64,000 nt of DNA from Takakia lepidozioides (lineage: Eukaryota > Plantae > Bryophyta), in the NCBI GenBank assembly GCA_030704615.1, contig CM060734.1, positions 41,974,001 to 42,038,000 on the forward strand, in the 5' to 3' direction. Shown here one piece after another: positions 24,367-35,790 of this stretch; the stretch's first letter is position 1, and every line of letters begins with the position of its first letter. The position numbers and the translations under genes were made by a program. Below the pieces are notes generated by a model. That model was given only the letters and a program-made list of their open reading frames with translations. It made no database searches and was not told where the DNA came from.

Positions 24367-24667
24367 GACGATGACGTGTTTGGCGATGACGTGACGATGA
24401 CATGGCAAGGGAGGAGGAGGTGTAAGACGATGACGTGTATGGCGATGATGTGGTGACGATGACAGGGCGGAGGAGGTGTAAGACAATGATGTGTTTGGTG
24501 ATGACGTGGTCACGATGACATGGCAAGGGAGGAGGAGGTGTAAGACGATGACGTGTTTGGCGATGATGTGGTGACGATGACATGGCAAGGGAGGAGGAGG
24601 TGTAAGACGATGACGTGTTTGGCGATGACGTGGTGACGATGACATGGCAAGGGAGGAGGAGGTGTAA
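24367..24667. repeat. 62-bp minisatellite, 5 copies, upstream of POLD4
   Basis: Unit GACGATGACGTGTTTGGCGATGATGTGGTGACGATGACATGGCAAGGGAGGAGGAGGTGTAA; copies start at 24367, 24426, 24482, 24544 and 24606. Confidence 0.95.
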
Positions 24668-25017
24668 TAGTTGGTAATTATCAGGTGTTTGAGTGCAACG
24701 GCTACAAATTTTGAACGGGTTGAGGCGTCAGCTTCACGCTCCCAAATCGCGGGTCGGGCTGGGTTCACCGGGCCGGGCTGTTACGTAACCCGCCCCGTCT
24801 TCTTCGTCCTCTCTCTTCCTCATCTCGCGTGTCTGATTGTTTATCTCCTCACGGGCTTTCTACCTCTGGCCAGTTAGCGCTGGCATTCGCGTGTTCACTT
24901 GGCCGTTCATTTGCATCAACTCTTCAAGGGTCAGGTGCCTCGTGTCACAGTGTCTTGTGTCAAAGTGTCTTTTGCTCCAGGGTTGAGGAGGTCCCGTTTG
25001 GTATTTTTTCCGCAGAG

Positions 25018-26137
25018 ATGGCGACGCCAAAGATGGATGAAGTGTATCCAAAGCGCAAGAACCCCACAATCGGGGGAAAGGTCAGTAAGGCCCAACCACG
25101 AGATACGAAGAAAAGCAGGGAAACAATGGCCGGCATGTTTGAAGATGCTAGCACCGTGAGAGGAAGCGTTGGAGGAGCTTCTGCCCAGCCCGCTTCTCTC
25201 CTATCAGCTCGACGTACAGGTATGGACGATAATCCTCCTGCCTTGATTAACCTTTAAAAGAACAGTTTCTTTCTCGCTACCCCTCACTGCAAAATGATGG
25301 CGGTGCAACCAAACCCCCTTGTTCCAGGGCTAAAGTAGCAGCGTTGGAATGAACAAATGTATATGTACGACTCCCGTATACATCCTTGATAGGATTACGA
25401 ATTCCTTCGAAGGGCTGGTCTGAAACTCCAGGATCACAAGGATGACAGAAGAACTGAGACTTAAAGGCTTTGGCCATGTGTAGGCTCAACCCTCTAAGAA
25501 GTGCTGAGTGATCCTTCGGACCCATCATCCCAACGCACTTAACCTGGAACCAGGCCACATTTAGGTCTTAGATATGAAGGAAGGCTAATTATGGTGGACC
25601 ATGTAAATAACCATTTGCTAATGAGGGTCTAAGTTTGGTATCTCACTTGGAGAATGTTGCATCATATTTAATCTGTTATCAATCAATGTCTCCATGGTAA
25701 AGGTCTCTGGTTACCGCATCTGTTTTAAGCTAAAAGTCTACTGCTTTTGGTTTAATTGCAACAGCATGCCATTCTTTGACTTGGTACACATGCGTTGAGG
25801 TAGAAGGAAACCATCAAATTATCTTATGAGTACATCTCTCTCCTGGTTTTTTCTATTGTCCAAAGGAGCCCAGTGGAAAAATTTGTCTCCTTTCTTTCTC
25901 TATCAGTCTCCCATGTGGCTTGGTTGGGGATGGTGGTGTGCAGATGAGCATGATGATGTGGAGGAAATTCTGAGGCAATTTGATATGAACATGGCCTATG
26001 GCCCATGCTTAGGGATGACCCGACTGGACCGGTGGGAGCGGGCTCAAAGGATTGGATTAAATCCGCCTCAGGATGTAAAAGATTTGTTGGAAATTCTGGG
26101 GAGTAAATCTACTTGCTTATGGGATGGGCGAGTCTAG
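25018..26137 (+). CDS. POLD4: DNA polymerase delta subunit 4 (p12), 131 aa; exons 25018-25219, 25944-26137
   Basis: MATPKMDEVYPKRK... | DEHDDVEEILRQFDMNMAYGPCLGMTRLDRWERAQRIGLNPP...CLWDGRV*. The LRQFD...GPC.G..RL.RW.RA motif is diagnostic. The GT-AG intron is in phase. Confidence 0.93.
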
Positions 26138-27029
26138 GAATCTTGGGTGTTAATATCATGGACAAAATCTCAAAACATCCACATGCATGGATATGTGCAG
26201 GTGGAGTAAGAGTAGACAGATGTGTTTGACAATGGTTTTGTGCAGAAAGATGCCCGAATCCTCATGCAGTTGTTTCTGACGCACTAAGGCTGTGAAAGTG
26301 AAACGGCCATGTTGTATTTAACAACATAGATGCTCAAATGTTGCTCTGGATTCAAGCTGGAAGGAATTTAATTTCCATTCCATTTGATTCATCTACTGGA
26401 GCCTTCTTTCTTTGCAGACAAAGCTCTTTCAAGCTGTAAATATTTGAATAAAAATTAGCCATTATGCTGTCACGCAGGCATCTGTTTCCTTAAAGAAGAA
26501 TCACCTTTCCATGGGTGCATTTTCCCAGCCTTACAATGACTTTACAGAGAATAGAGGGATGGTGATCAATGAGTTGATTCCAGCTTTGAAAAGCCTACCC
26601 ATCTTCCAAAGATGCGGTCTCTACATCTTCTGATCAAGGTTGCAAGATGTAAATCACAGCCCATGATTGAGGCAGGATGGAGGTTATTTGTGTGACATCA
26701 ATCTCTTGAATTTTTGTACTTCAACACATTTTGAGGATACTCTGACTATTGTAATTTTTGTTAGTTGTCCTGCAAGTTGGACAAATGCATGCCAGCAGTA
26801 ATTCAAGTCACAGCTGCAGCTCTCTGAAGTTGGGTGCTGCAAAACAATGGACGTCTGCAGAAAACTGTTGGACAGATAGTAACTCCATAACATGTATCAA
26901 ACTCCTCCATCTTAGGTCATCAATGACTTCAAATGGAAGGTAGTTAGTGTAATGTTTTATGTTTTACTTAATGTAATGCAGCTGGTTGGTGCCTCTGATC
27001 AGAATTGTTGCTTGCTGCACTTACCATCA

Positions 27030-30000
27030 TCACCAGTAATCGCCACAAGAACATATGCCATTCTTGAAGTGATGAAAGCGGCTGAGATCCCTCGCGACAA
27101 TTTCTCGATCGAAAATTTTGGAGATGAACTTAGTGGCAGTATGGCAGTCACCACATACCCGAAGATTTTTTATTATGCGTAAGGGTGTTCCAGGGGGGGT
27201 GCTGATGAGCCCGAAAGCAATAGCCAGTTTTTCACTGTGGTGGGAGAGGGACTGTTCCTTCTGCTGCTGATCCACATCATGCAGTACAAAGCGCGTGTCA
27301 GGCACATATCCTGTCTCCTTCATCTGCCTGGTCAATTTCTTCAGCTCAGCATAAATCTCATCTGTTTGTGGATGTGATCTATCTCCGACCACAAATGTAT
27401 GCAACCTATTGTTGACCTCAATCCAGCTGCACCCTGGTTCCTTTCTCAAACCCCTGTCTTCCATCAATTTTCTCATCTTTGCTACATCGTCCCACCTGCC
27501 AGCTGCAGCATAGATGTTTGATAGCAACACATACATTGCAGCATCATGAGGTTCAAACTTGAGAATACATTGTGCCACACGTTCAGCTAGCTCCACATTG
27601 CTATGAAAACTGCAGGCACCAAGCAAGATCCCCCAAACCAAAAAACCTGCTTTGAATGGCAGTTTTTTAATGAAGTCTTCTGCCTCTTCTAAGTGCCCTG
27701 CACGACCAAGAATGTCAACCATGCAGCCATAGTGCCTTTCTGTTGGTGTGATGGCATGATCGTCACTCATGGAATGGAAGTAGTGCCACCCTTCATCAAG
27801 CAGGCCCCCATGGCTGCAAGCAGAAAGGACACTAATGAATGTGACCTCATTTGGGTCCATCTCTTCCTGCTGCATCTGCTCAAAGAGTTGGAGGGCCTCC
27901 TTGCCACGCCCATCCTGACCATATCCTTTAATCATTGCACTCCATGTTACCACATCTCGTCTGAGCATGTTGTCGAACAGTTGATGTGCATCAATCACAC
28001 TCCCACATTTGGCATACATGTCAACAAGGGCATTCCCCACACTGACATCTGCCTGAAATCCAGCTTTGATGACTAGGGCATGAATGCGCCTGCCCTCTTC
28101 CAAAACCGCTTGACTGGCACAAGCATTGATGATACTAATGAAGGTGACCTCATCTGGCATCAGGCCTTCTTGTTGCATTCGCCAAAAAAGTCCAATTGCC
28201 TCCTTGCCATGATCATGCTGAGTAAATCCCGAAATCATTGCATTCCATGAGACCACGTCTCGTGTAGGCATCCCATTAAACACACGACATGCATCCACCA
28301 CACTTCCACACCTCGCATACATGCTAACAAGGGCGTTTGTCAGAGAGAGATCTGGCTCAAATCCAGCTTTGACGATATACGCATGGATCCATTTACCCTT
28401 TTTGAGAGCTGCTGGACTGGAACATGCATTGAGAATGCTTATGAAGGTGACATCATCTGGCGTCACCCCCTCTTGTTGCATTTGCTGAAAAAGTTCAAAA
28501 GCCTCCTCAGTATGCCCATGCTGGGTGAATCCTGCAATCATTGCGCTCCACACCACCACATTTTGTTTAGGCATTTTGGAAAACACAAGCTGGGCATCCA
28601 CCACCTTTCCACACCTGGAATACATGCCGATAAGAGCAATACCCAAAGGCACATCAGGCTCGATTCCGGCTTTGACAATGAGGGCATGAACTTGCCTACC
28701 CTGTTCCAAAGCAGCTGGGCTTGTACATGCGTTGAGGATGCTGGTGAAGGTGACCATGTCTGGCTTCACACCTTCTTGTAGCATTTGCCAATACAGTTTA
28801 AAAGCCTCCTCACTATGACCATGCTGAGCATATCCAGCAATTATTGCAGTCCATGAGACCACATCGCGTTGAAACATTTTGTCAAAGACTTGACGTGAGT
28901 CCACCACCCTACCGCACCTAGCATACATGCTAATAAGAGCAGCCCCCACACGGACATCTGTTTCAATTCCAGCGTTGATGATCTGGACATGGACCTGCCT
29001 TCCCTGCTTCAGAGCTGCTTGGCTGGTACATGCCATGAGGATAGCAGTGAAGGTGACCATGTCTGGCTTCACATCTTCTAGTTGCATTTGCCAATAGAGC
29101 TCAAATGCTACCTCACTGTACCCTTGCCGCGCATATGCTGCAATCATTGCATTCCATGACACCACATCCCGCTTAAACATCCTGTCAAACACTTGGCGCG
29201 CATCATCCATGGCACCACACCGAGCATACATGCTGATCAGGGAGTTGCCTAAAGGAATATGTGACTCAAAGCCACACTTGATGATGTGGGCATGGATCTG
29301 CTTCCCCTTTGCCAGAGCTGCCTGGCTGGCACATCCGCTGAGGATGCTACTGAAGGTAGCTTTGTCTGGCTTCACATCTACTATTTGCATTTGCTGAAAG
29401 AGCTCAAAAGCCTCCTGAACGTGTCCCTGCTGAATGTATCCTGCAATCATGGCATTCCATGAGACCACATCTTGTTTGGACATTCTGTCAAAAACTTGCC
29501 GCGCATCCACCAAACTTGAGCACTTGGCATACATGCTGACAAGGGTATTCCCTACCCGCACATGTGACTCTAATCCAGCTTTGATGATTTCAGTATGGAT
29601 CCGCTTCCCATGTTCCAGACCTTCCGTGGCACACGCATTCAGGATGCTCATGAAGGTTACTTTGTCGGGCTTCACACCTTCCTGCTTCATTTGATGGAAG
29701 AGCTGCAATGCCTCATGACCGTGCCCTTGCTGAGTGTACCCTGCAATCATTGCAGTCCATGCGACCACATTTCGTTTAGGCATTTTCTCGAAAACTTTGC
29801 GCGCATCCACTAAACTTCCGCACTTGGCATACATGTTAACTAGACAAGTCGAAATACTGACATCTGACTCAAATCCTGCTTTAATGATGTCCGCATGGAC
29901 CCACTTGCCCTCTTCGAGAGCTGCTGGTCTGGTACATGCTTTCAGGATGCTGAGGAAGGTTACCTTGTCAGGCCTCACACCCTCCCACTGCATTTGCCGA

Positions 30001-30563
30001 AAAAGATCCAGTGCCACCACTCCCTGCCCTTGCTGAGTATACGCATCAATCGTTGCTGTCCACGAGACTACATCTCGTTGAGGCATTTTGTCGAGCACTT
30101 GGTGCGCATCCTCAACACTCCCGCACTTGGCGTACATACCGATGAGCGTGTTACCTAAGAAGATATCTGCCACAAAACCAGATTTGACGATGTGGGCATG
30201 AACCTGCTTGCCAGTCTCCAGTGATTTTATGTTTGAACACCCCCTCAACAGACATGCATAGATATTGGAATCGGCCAGAATGCCTCCTTGCTCCATATAA
30301 TTCAAAACTTGTACACTCTCCTGTAATCGTCCCTCCTTACACATTTTGAGACAGAGATCCTTGTGGCCTCCTTCAACCTTATATTCATTTCTCCGCCCTC
30401 CGCCTAAAGTAGTGGCGATGATGACCTTACTGACATGTACACCATTGGCTCCACCCTGCTGCGGCACCAAAATCTGCATCTTGTGCACCGGTCTCTGATT
30501 CCACAGTTGAAACCCAGGCACTCCAACACGGGTATCCTTCTTAGGACACCCAAAAGGATTCAT
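27030..30563 (-). CDS. PLS-class PPR protein with E1/E2/DYW deaminase domain (C-to-U editing factor), 1177 aa
   Basis: 26 PPR motifs (L,S + 7xPLS + P2L2S2), PG box [20 protein letters not shown] and terminal DYW. Single open frame; an extra 5' exon cannot be excluded. Confidence 0.97.
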   Translation of the reverse strand: MNPFGCPKKDTRVGVPGFQLWNQRPVHKMQILVPQQGGANGVHVSKVIIATTLGGGRRNEYKVEGGHKDLCLKMCKEGRLQESVQVLNYMEQGGILADSNIYACLLRGCSNIKSLETGKQVHAHIVKSGFVADIFLGNTLIGMYAKCGSVEDAHQVLDKMPQRDVVSWTATIDAYTQQGQGVVALDLFRQMQWEGVRPDKVTFLSILKACTRPAALEEGKWVHADIIKAGFESDVSISTCLVNMYAKCGSLVDARKVFEKMPKRNVVAWTAMIAGYTQQGHGHEALQLFHQMKQEGVKPDKVTFMSILNACATEGLEHGKRIHTEIIKAGLESHVRVGNTLVSMYAKCSSLVDARQVFDRMSKQDVVSWNAMIAGYIQQGHVQEAFELFQQMQIVDVKPDKATFSSILSGCASQAALAKGKQIHAHIIKCGFESHIPLGNSLISMYARCGAMDDARQVFDRMFKRDVVSWNAMIAAYARQGYSEVAFELYWQMQLEDVKPDMVTFTAILMACTSQAALKQGRQVHVQIINAGIETDVRVGAALISMYARCGRVVDSRQVFDKMFQRDVVSWTAIIAGYAQHGHSEEAFKLYWQMLQEGVKPDMVTFTSILNACTSPAALEQGRQVHALIVKAGIEPDVPLGIALIGMYSRCGKVVDAQLVFSKMPKQNVVVWSAMIAGFTQHGHTEEAFELFQQMQQEGVTPDDVTFISILNACSSPAALKKGKWIHAYIVKAGFEPDLSLTNALVSMYARCGSVVDACRVFNGMPTRDVVSWNAMISGFTQHDHGKEAIGLFWRMQQEGLMPDEVTFISIINACASQAVLEEGRRIHALVIKAGFQADVSVGNALVDMYAKCGSVIDAHQLFDNMLRRDVVTWSAMIKGYGQDGRGKEALQLFEQMQQEEMDPNEVTFISVLSACSHGGLLDEGWHYFHSMSDDHAITPTERHYGCMVDILGRAGHLEEAEDFIKKLPFKAGFLVWGILLGACSFHSNVELAERVAQCILKFEPHDAAMYVLLSNIYAAAGRWDDVAKMRKLMEDRGLRKEPGCSWIEVNNRLHTFVVGDRSHPQTDEIYAELKKLTRQMKETGYVPDTRFVLHDVDQQQKEQSLSHHSEKLAIAFGLISTPPGTPLRIIKNLRVCGDCHTATKFISKIFDREIVARDLSRFHHFKNGICSCGDYW

Positions 30564-31076
30564 CCTAACCTGGCTGCAGACTATGCATTGTTGGCCACGT
30601 ACACCTCCGCGCGCATACCTTGAATTCGACCCAGAGCTCGGGACTTCAACGTGAGGTGAAGATGGGTAATCTCAATCCACGAATGTAGTAGGTGGATAGA
30701 GGTCTCCTTACCCGTCAGTTTTAAATCATTGGGACGAAATTCTACTCTCCCTCCGCTGCTCTCGCAACTTGATAGATTGTCCAAGCTTGAGCAACAATGC
30801 GCCACCATCACCATCACCACTCGATGTCAAGGATGACTAACGGATGTTCGGCCGTGAATTGTCACTGTTTTTTGCAGACACGTTCACAATTTGTAACATC
30901 AAATCATAAAGAGGTACCCTCCCAGACCTCACAACACAACACACCCAACACACTCCAAGACCTCAGGGCTCAATTTCCTGCATCTAACAAGTGATGGAAT
31001 CTGGGATCCATATGGATGCTGGGTTTTACTAAGAGGTGAGTTCTGCAAAAGATATGACTTGATTTGACAATAATCT

Positions 31077-31090
31077 AAACCCTAAACCCT
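31077..31090. promoter_or_regulatory. Telo-box-like AAACCCTAAACCCT in the region between the divergent PPR genes
   Basis: Direct motif match; function is inferred. Confidence 0.35.
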
Positions 31091-31432
31091 GAACTGGCTG
31101 TCTCGTAACAGTTATCGAGCCCAACGTGGCGCTCTACAAAAGATGATTTTGGATGAGAGCTTCAGGTTGGAAGCTGTTGCAAGGGTCATCTGGATTGGTA
31201 GAAGGGTCTGGTGTCTTGTCCAGATAGATCAGAGCTCGGATGCGAGTTGGGGTGGGAGGTACATTCGAAATGAACGGGTTGCATACTGGGGCAATTGCTA
31301 CGGCAACGCTAGGCTTCGATGTTGCCCTCTAATCTGTCTCTTAAGAGCCCTGCTGGACGGTGAGAGCACCCTAGATATCTCTGTTTATGGGTGTGAGGGT
31401 GTAATCGCCGAGGCACTCAAGCACTGACATAT

Positions 31433-34162
31433 ATGTGTATCCTCATGTGGGATGGTGGATACAAACGAAAGATGTATGCAACGGGAGATCCTGCTGTGAC
31501 TCGTATCATCATAGTAACGTTCTCATTGAATCGTGATGGGCTTCCTAAGAAGCGTACCTGTAGAGTTGAAATGGCCGGGTTTCAAGTCAGGAATGAGGTG
31601 AAGGTGCTTGCGCCGCATCACAGTGGTGGCGCAATTGTAAATGTTAGCAAACCTGTTTTCAAGGGAGGGCTGCGAGACGAGACAAAGGGTGAAGTAGACA
31701 ACGAGAATATCACATTGTGCAAGAAGGGGAAATTCCAGGAGGAGGTGATTACATTATGTAAGGAGGAACGATTCCAGGAGGCTTTGGACAGTTTGGATTA
31801 TATGGATCAACTAGGCATTCATGCGGATTCCAACGTCTACGCATGTCTCTTGAAGGGGTGTGCTAAGAAAAAATCTCTAGCAGTTGGCAAGCAGGTGCAC
31901 GCCCATATCATCAAAGCTGGTCTTGAGTCAGATATCTTCCTGGGCAATAAGCTTATCAGTATGTACGCGAAATGCGGGAGTGTTGAAGATGCGAACCACG
32001 TGCTCGACAGAATGCCTGAAAGAGACGTGGTCTCGTGGACTGCAATGATAGCTGCATGCACTCAGCAAGGGGAGGGTAAGCATGCATTTGAACTGTACTG
32101 GCAAATGCAACGAGAAGGTGTTCACCCAAATTTCATCACCTTCTTGAGCATCCTCAAAGCGTGTGCCAGCCCAGCAGCTCTAGAGCATGGCAAACGGGTC
32201 CATGCTCACATCATTAGAGCTGGAGTTGAGTCAGATGTCCGTGTTGGAACTGCACTTGTGAGCATGTATGGCAGGTGCGGGGGTTTAGTGGAAGCGCGCC
32301 AAGTGTTCGAGAGATTACCTTCACGAGATGTGGTCTCATGGACTGCAATGATTTCAGCATCTGCTGAGCATAGCCATGGTGTGGAGGCCTTCGAACTCTT
32401 CGAGAAAATGCAACGTGAAGGTATTGAACCAAACAGGATCACCTTCATGAGCATTCTCAACGCATGTGCTAGCCCAGTAGCTCTGGAACAAGGAAAACGA
32501 GTCCATGCCCACATCATCAGAGCTGGAGTTGAGCCAGATGTAGTTTTGGGGTCGGCGCTTGTCAACATGTATGCCAAGTGCGGGGACCTGGTAGAAGCAC
32601 GCCAATTGTTCGACGCAATGCGTGAACGTAATGTGGTCTCATGGACTGGGATGATTGCAGGATATGCTCAGCATGGTCTCAGTGACGAGGCTTTCCAACT
32701 CTTCGAGCATATGCAAGGAGAAGGTGTGCAGCCAAATAAGATCACCTTTTTGAGCATCCTCAAGGCATGTTGCAGCCCAGCAGGTCTGGAACAAGGCAAG
32801 GTGGTGCATGCCCACATCATCAAAGCTGAAATTGAGCTGGACATTCTTTTAGGGAATGCCCTTGTCAGCATGTATATGAAGTGTGGGAGTGTGGCAGGTG
32901 CGCGGCAAGTGTTTGAAAAAATGCCTAAGCGAGATGTGCTCTCATGGACTACCATGATCTCGGGATATACTCAGCATGGTCACGGTGAGGAGGCATTTGA
33001 ATTGTTTGGGCAAATGCAACAAGAAGGTGTGAAGCCAGATAAGGTTACTTTTATAACAATCCTCAATACATGTGCCAGTGTAGCGGCCTTGGAACAGGGC
33101 AAGAAGATCCATGCTAACATCATGGAAGTTGGATTTGATTCAAATACCCGTGTGGGGAACACACTTGTTGCCATGTATTTCAAGTGTGGGAGTGTGGGAG
33201 ATGCACGCCACGTGTTCGACAGAATGCCCGAACGAGACGTGGTCTCCTGGAATGCTTTGATCTCTGGATATGCTCAGCATGGTCATGGTGAGGAGGCCTG
33301 CAAACTGTTTTCACAAATGCGACAAGAAGGTGTGAAACCAGATGAGTTCACATTCACCGGTGTCCTCTCTGCATGCAGCCATGTGGGACTAGTGGATGAA
33401 GCCCACCACTATTTTCACTCCATGAGTAGAGACCATGGCGTTACCCCAACAGGGGAGCACTATGGTTGCATGGTTGACCTCCTTGGGCGTGCAGGGCACT
33501 TAGAAGAGGCAGAAGACTTAGTTAACAAAATGCCATTTGAACCAGGTGTTTCAGAACTGGGGGCCTTGCTTAGTGCCTGCAGAATTCATGGGAATCTGGA
33601 GCTAGCAGAACGAGTCTCAGAACGTGTCCTCAAGTTGCAGCCACAAAATGTTGGAGTATATGTGCTTCTGTCTAATATCTATGCCGCGGCTGGCAGGTGG
33701 GAAGATGTAGCGAAGGTGAGGAAAGTGATGGAAGACATAGGTTTGAAGAAAGAGGCAGGGCGCAGCTGGATTCAGGTCAATAATAGAATACATGCATTCA
33801 CTGTAGAAGACAGATCACATCCACAAGCATATGAAATCTTTAGGGAGTTGGAGAGATTGACTAGGCAAATGAAGAAGGCAGGATATGTACCCGACACAAG
33901 TTTTGTATTGCATGATGTTGATCAGCAGCAGAAAGAACAAATACTTTGCCACCACAGCGAAAAGTTGGCCATTGCTTTTGGGCTCATCAGCACACCCCCT
34001 GGGATTACTATACGCATAATGAATAATCTTCGGATATGTGGGGACTGTCACACGGCTGCCAAGTTCATCTCCAAGATTGTCAGACGAGAAATTGTTGTAA
34101 GGGATGCCAACCGCTTTCATTACCTCAAGAATGGAGTGTGTTCTTGTAAAGATTATTGGTGA
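31433..34162 (+). CDS. PLS-class PPR protein with E1/E2/DYW domain, up to 909 aa
   Basis: 17 PPR motifs (L,S + 4xPLS + P2L2S2), variant PG box EAGRSWIQV, HSEKLA, CGDCH and DYW. The exact start codon is uncertain. Confidence 0.96.
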   Translation: MCILMWDGGYKRKMYATGDPAVTRIIIVTFSLNRDGLPKKRTCRVEMAGFQVRNEVKVLAPHHSGGAIVNVSKPVFKGGLRDETKGEVDNENITLCKKGKFQEEVITLCKEERFQEALDSLDYMDQLGIHADSNVYACLLKGCAKKKSLAVGKQVHAHIIKAGLESDIFLGNKLISMYAKCGSVEDANHVLDRMPERDVVSWTAMIAACTQQGEGKHAFELYWQMQREGVHPNFITFLSILKACASPAALEHGKRVHAHIIRAGVESDVRVGTALVSMYGRCGGLVEARQVFERLPSRDVVSWTAMISASAEHSHGVEAFELFEKMQREGIEPNRITFMSILNACASPVALEQGKRVHAHIIRAGVEPDVVLGSALVNMYAKCGDLVEARQLFDAMRERNVVSWTGMIAGYAQHGLSDEAFQLFEHMQGEGVQPNKITFLSILKACCSPAGLEQGKVVHAHIIKAEIELDILLGNALVSMYMKCGSVAGARQVFEKMPKRDVLSWTTMISGYTQHGHGEEAFELFGQMQQEGVKPDKVTFITILNTCASVAALEQGKKIHANIMEVGFDSNTRVGNTLVAMYFKCGSVGDARHVFDRMPERDVVSWNALISGYAQHGHGEEACKLFSQMRQEGVKPDEFTFTGVLSACSHVGLVDEAHHYFHSMSRDHGVTPTGEHYGCMVDLLGRAGHLEEAEDLVNKMPFEPGVSELGALLSACRIHGNLELAERVSERVLKLQPQNVGVYVLLSNIYAAAGRWEDVAKVRKVMEDIGLKKEAGRSWIQVNNRIHAFTVEDRSHPQAYEIFRELERLTRQMKKAGYVPDTSFVLHDVDQQQKEQILCHHSEKLAIAFGLISTPPGITIRIMNNLRICGDCHTAAKFISKIVRREIVVRDANRFHYLKNGVCSCKDYW

Positions 34163-34664
34163 GTAGCAAGTGAAACAAGCCTCCTCTGTATTATTTATAT
34201 GTTTGTCTAGCTGAAATTTTAAATCCATCTCCAGGGTTGATATCCTGCAGGGCCTCTTGTTGCACACATGGATTGGCCAGTGAGTACACATCTTTTTTGG
34301 TGGTGTATTTGCAGGGTGAGATTGGCTCAGTGGATTTTGTTGACGCAAAAGGGGGTCTGCAGTCTGCACATGAGTGTTTAACCTTCACACCTAACCATCT
34401 GAAGTATAACCTCAGAATGTAATCTCTAGACTGCTAAAGGGGCAAGACACTGGATCACATTCAATTAGAAAACCTTCTTGATGTAAACAGACAACAGAGT
34501 CCAGAGGAAAGGCTTCAAGACCCAACTCGAAGAACAAGCCACCTCCACCAGCTTGCTGAACAACAGCCTAGGCGGGTCAGATTCACTTCAAAATGCTCCA
34601 TACCTTGGAGGAAGTTCCCACTGCCAGCCTCTCATAAAAGTAGAACGATTGCCTTTATGTAGTC

Positions 34665-34945
34665 GAAAATATAAATGATAAGCACGACATACATCATATG
34701 ACATACCCTCGGACTGTATGCTTTGAAGACGAATTGCCACCTGATTGGAGAGGATTAGGGTTGAGCATGGCGTCGAGCACAGCTCAACTGATCACGAACG
34801 CACTCCCAAACGTCTGCGTGCCCCCATATGTCTGCATTCGTGCGTTTGTGATCAATCCTCTCCAATCAGGTGACAGTTCGTCTTCAAAACATAGAGTCCA
34901 AGGGTAGGTCATACGATATATGTCGGGCTTATCATTTATATTTTC
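34665..34945. mobile_element. Foldback / MITE-like element with ~90-bp inverted arms
   Basis: GAAAATATAAATGATAAGCACGACAT...CACCTGATTGGAGAGGATT pairs with AATCCTCTCCAATCAGGTG...ATGTCGGGCTTATCATTTATATTTTC. Confidence 0.85.
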
Positions 34946-35680
34946 ATCCACACATGATATATGCGCTTGCTGAACGCTGTTCCCATGACCAGGGGCTTCG
35001 GTGCTCAGGCCATTTCAATACTTCCGACAGCACGTCCGCTTGACGTAATTCTTTGATGTCGTTATGGAGATGGAGTGACATCCCTTGGTGTGGCCAATGT
35101 GGGTGTGCCAAGAGCGCCCATGTCAATACTTTCAATACACTTGCTTGTAAAAGCCACAAAGTAAAAGAAAATTACGAACTTGCAGAGAATATAAAGATAA
35201 GATAAAGTTTCTTTAACGTCCAGTGAATTTAAGAGAAGGAGAGGAGAGTTGGAGAAGAGGCCAAGCGTGCGATCACCTCACTCAGATGATTTAGACTAAA
35301 TGTCTTTTATGTTTAGAGCATCATCACTCACAAGGAATATAGATAATAGGAATGTATGCATTTTTATTTTATTTTTAAAAGGAACTATGCACTTACAATG
35401 TTTACTAGTGTAGAGTAACACATGCAAAAATAGGCCAACATTAGGAATTCAATGGGATCCATAGCTTAAGATTTGAATGAAAATGCACTTGAAAATTGAC
35501 AACAAGAATGAAGATCTGCGTGTGAATTGATAGAGTAAGATTGGAGACTATGAAAAGTAAGGAGTATGTGGAGCATTGGAGTTTTGAAATAAGAAGAAGG
35601 CCATACTTAGCTGTAAAGAACCGTGATATTTTTCTTAGTTCATTTTTAGGTCGTCTATAGGGTAGAAGATTGCACTATAC

Positions 35681-35790
35681 CAGTGTTGGATTGGTATACT
35701 GATAAGAAACTGGTATCAATACTGGTATGAAGTACCAGACCAGTCTGGTATCACCTCGTAGCGTATACCCGTATTGAGTATCAGCGCGAG
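35681..35790. mobile_element. Truncated end of the same hAT MITE family as 7913-8375
   Basis: CAGTGTTGGATTGGTAT start plus CTGGTAT/ACCAG subrepeats, and AGACCAGTCTGGTATC shared with the 8.3-kb end (reverse complement). Confidence 0.7.

Noticed and set aside
24322-24768. His/Pro-rich repetitive ORFs
   Set aside because: They are artefacts of the 62-bp minisatellite.
30581-30820. Upstream ORF with a GTAAG donor (30711) as an extra first exon of the 1177-aa PPR
   Set aside because: In-frame splicing is possible (e.g. to 30580) but the acceptors are weak and the peptide is not a clear targeting signal; cDNA is needed.
27693-33183. Many antisense ORFs overlapping the PPR genes
   Set aside because: They are shadow frames of repetitive PPR coding sequence.
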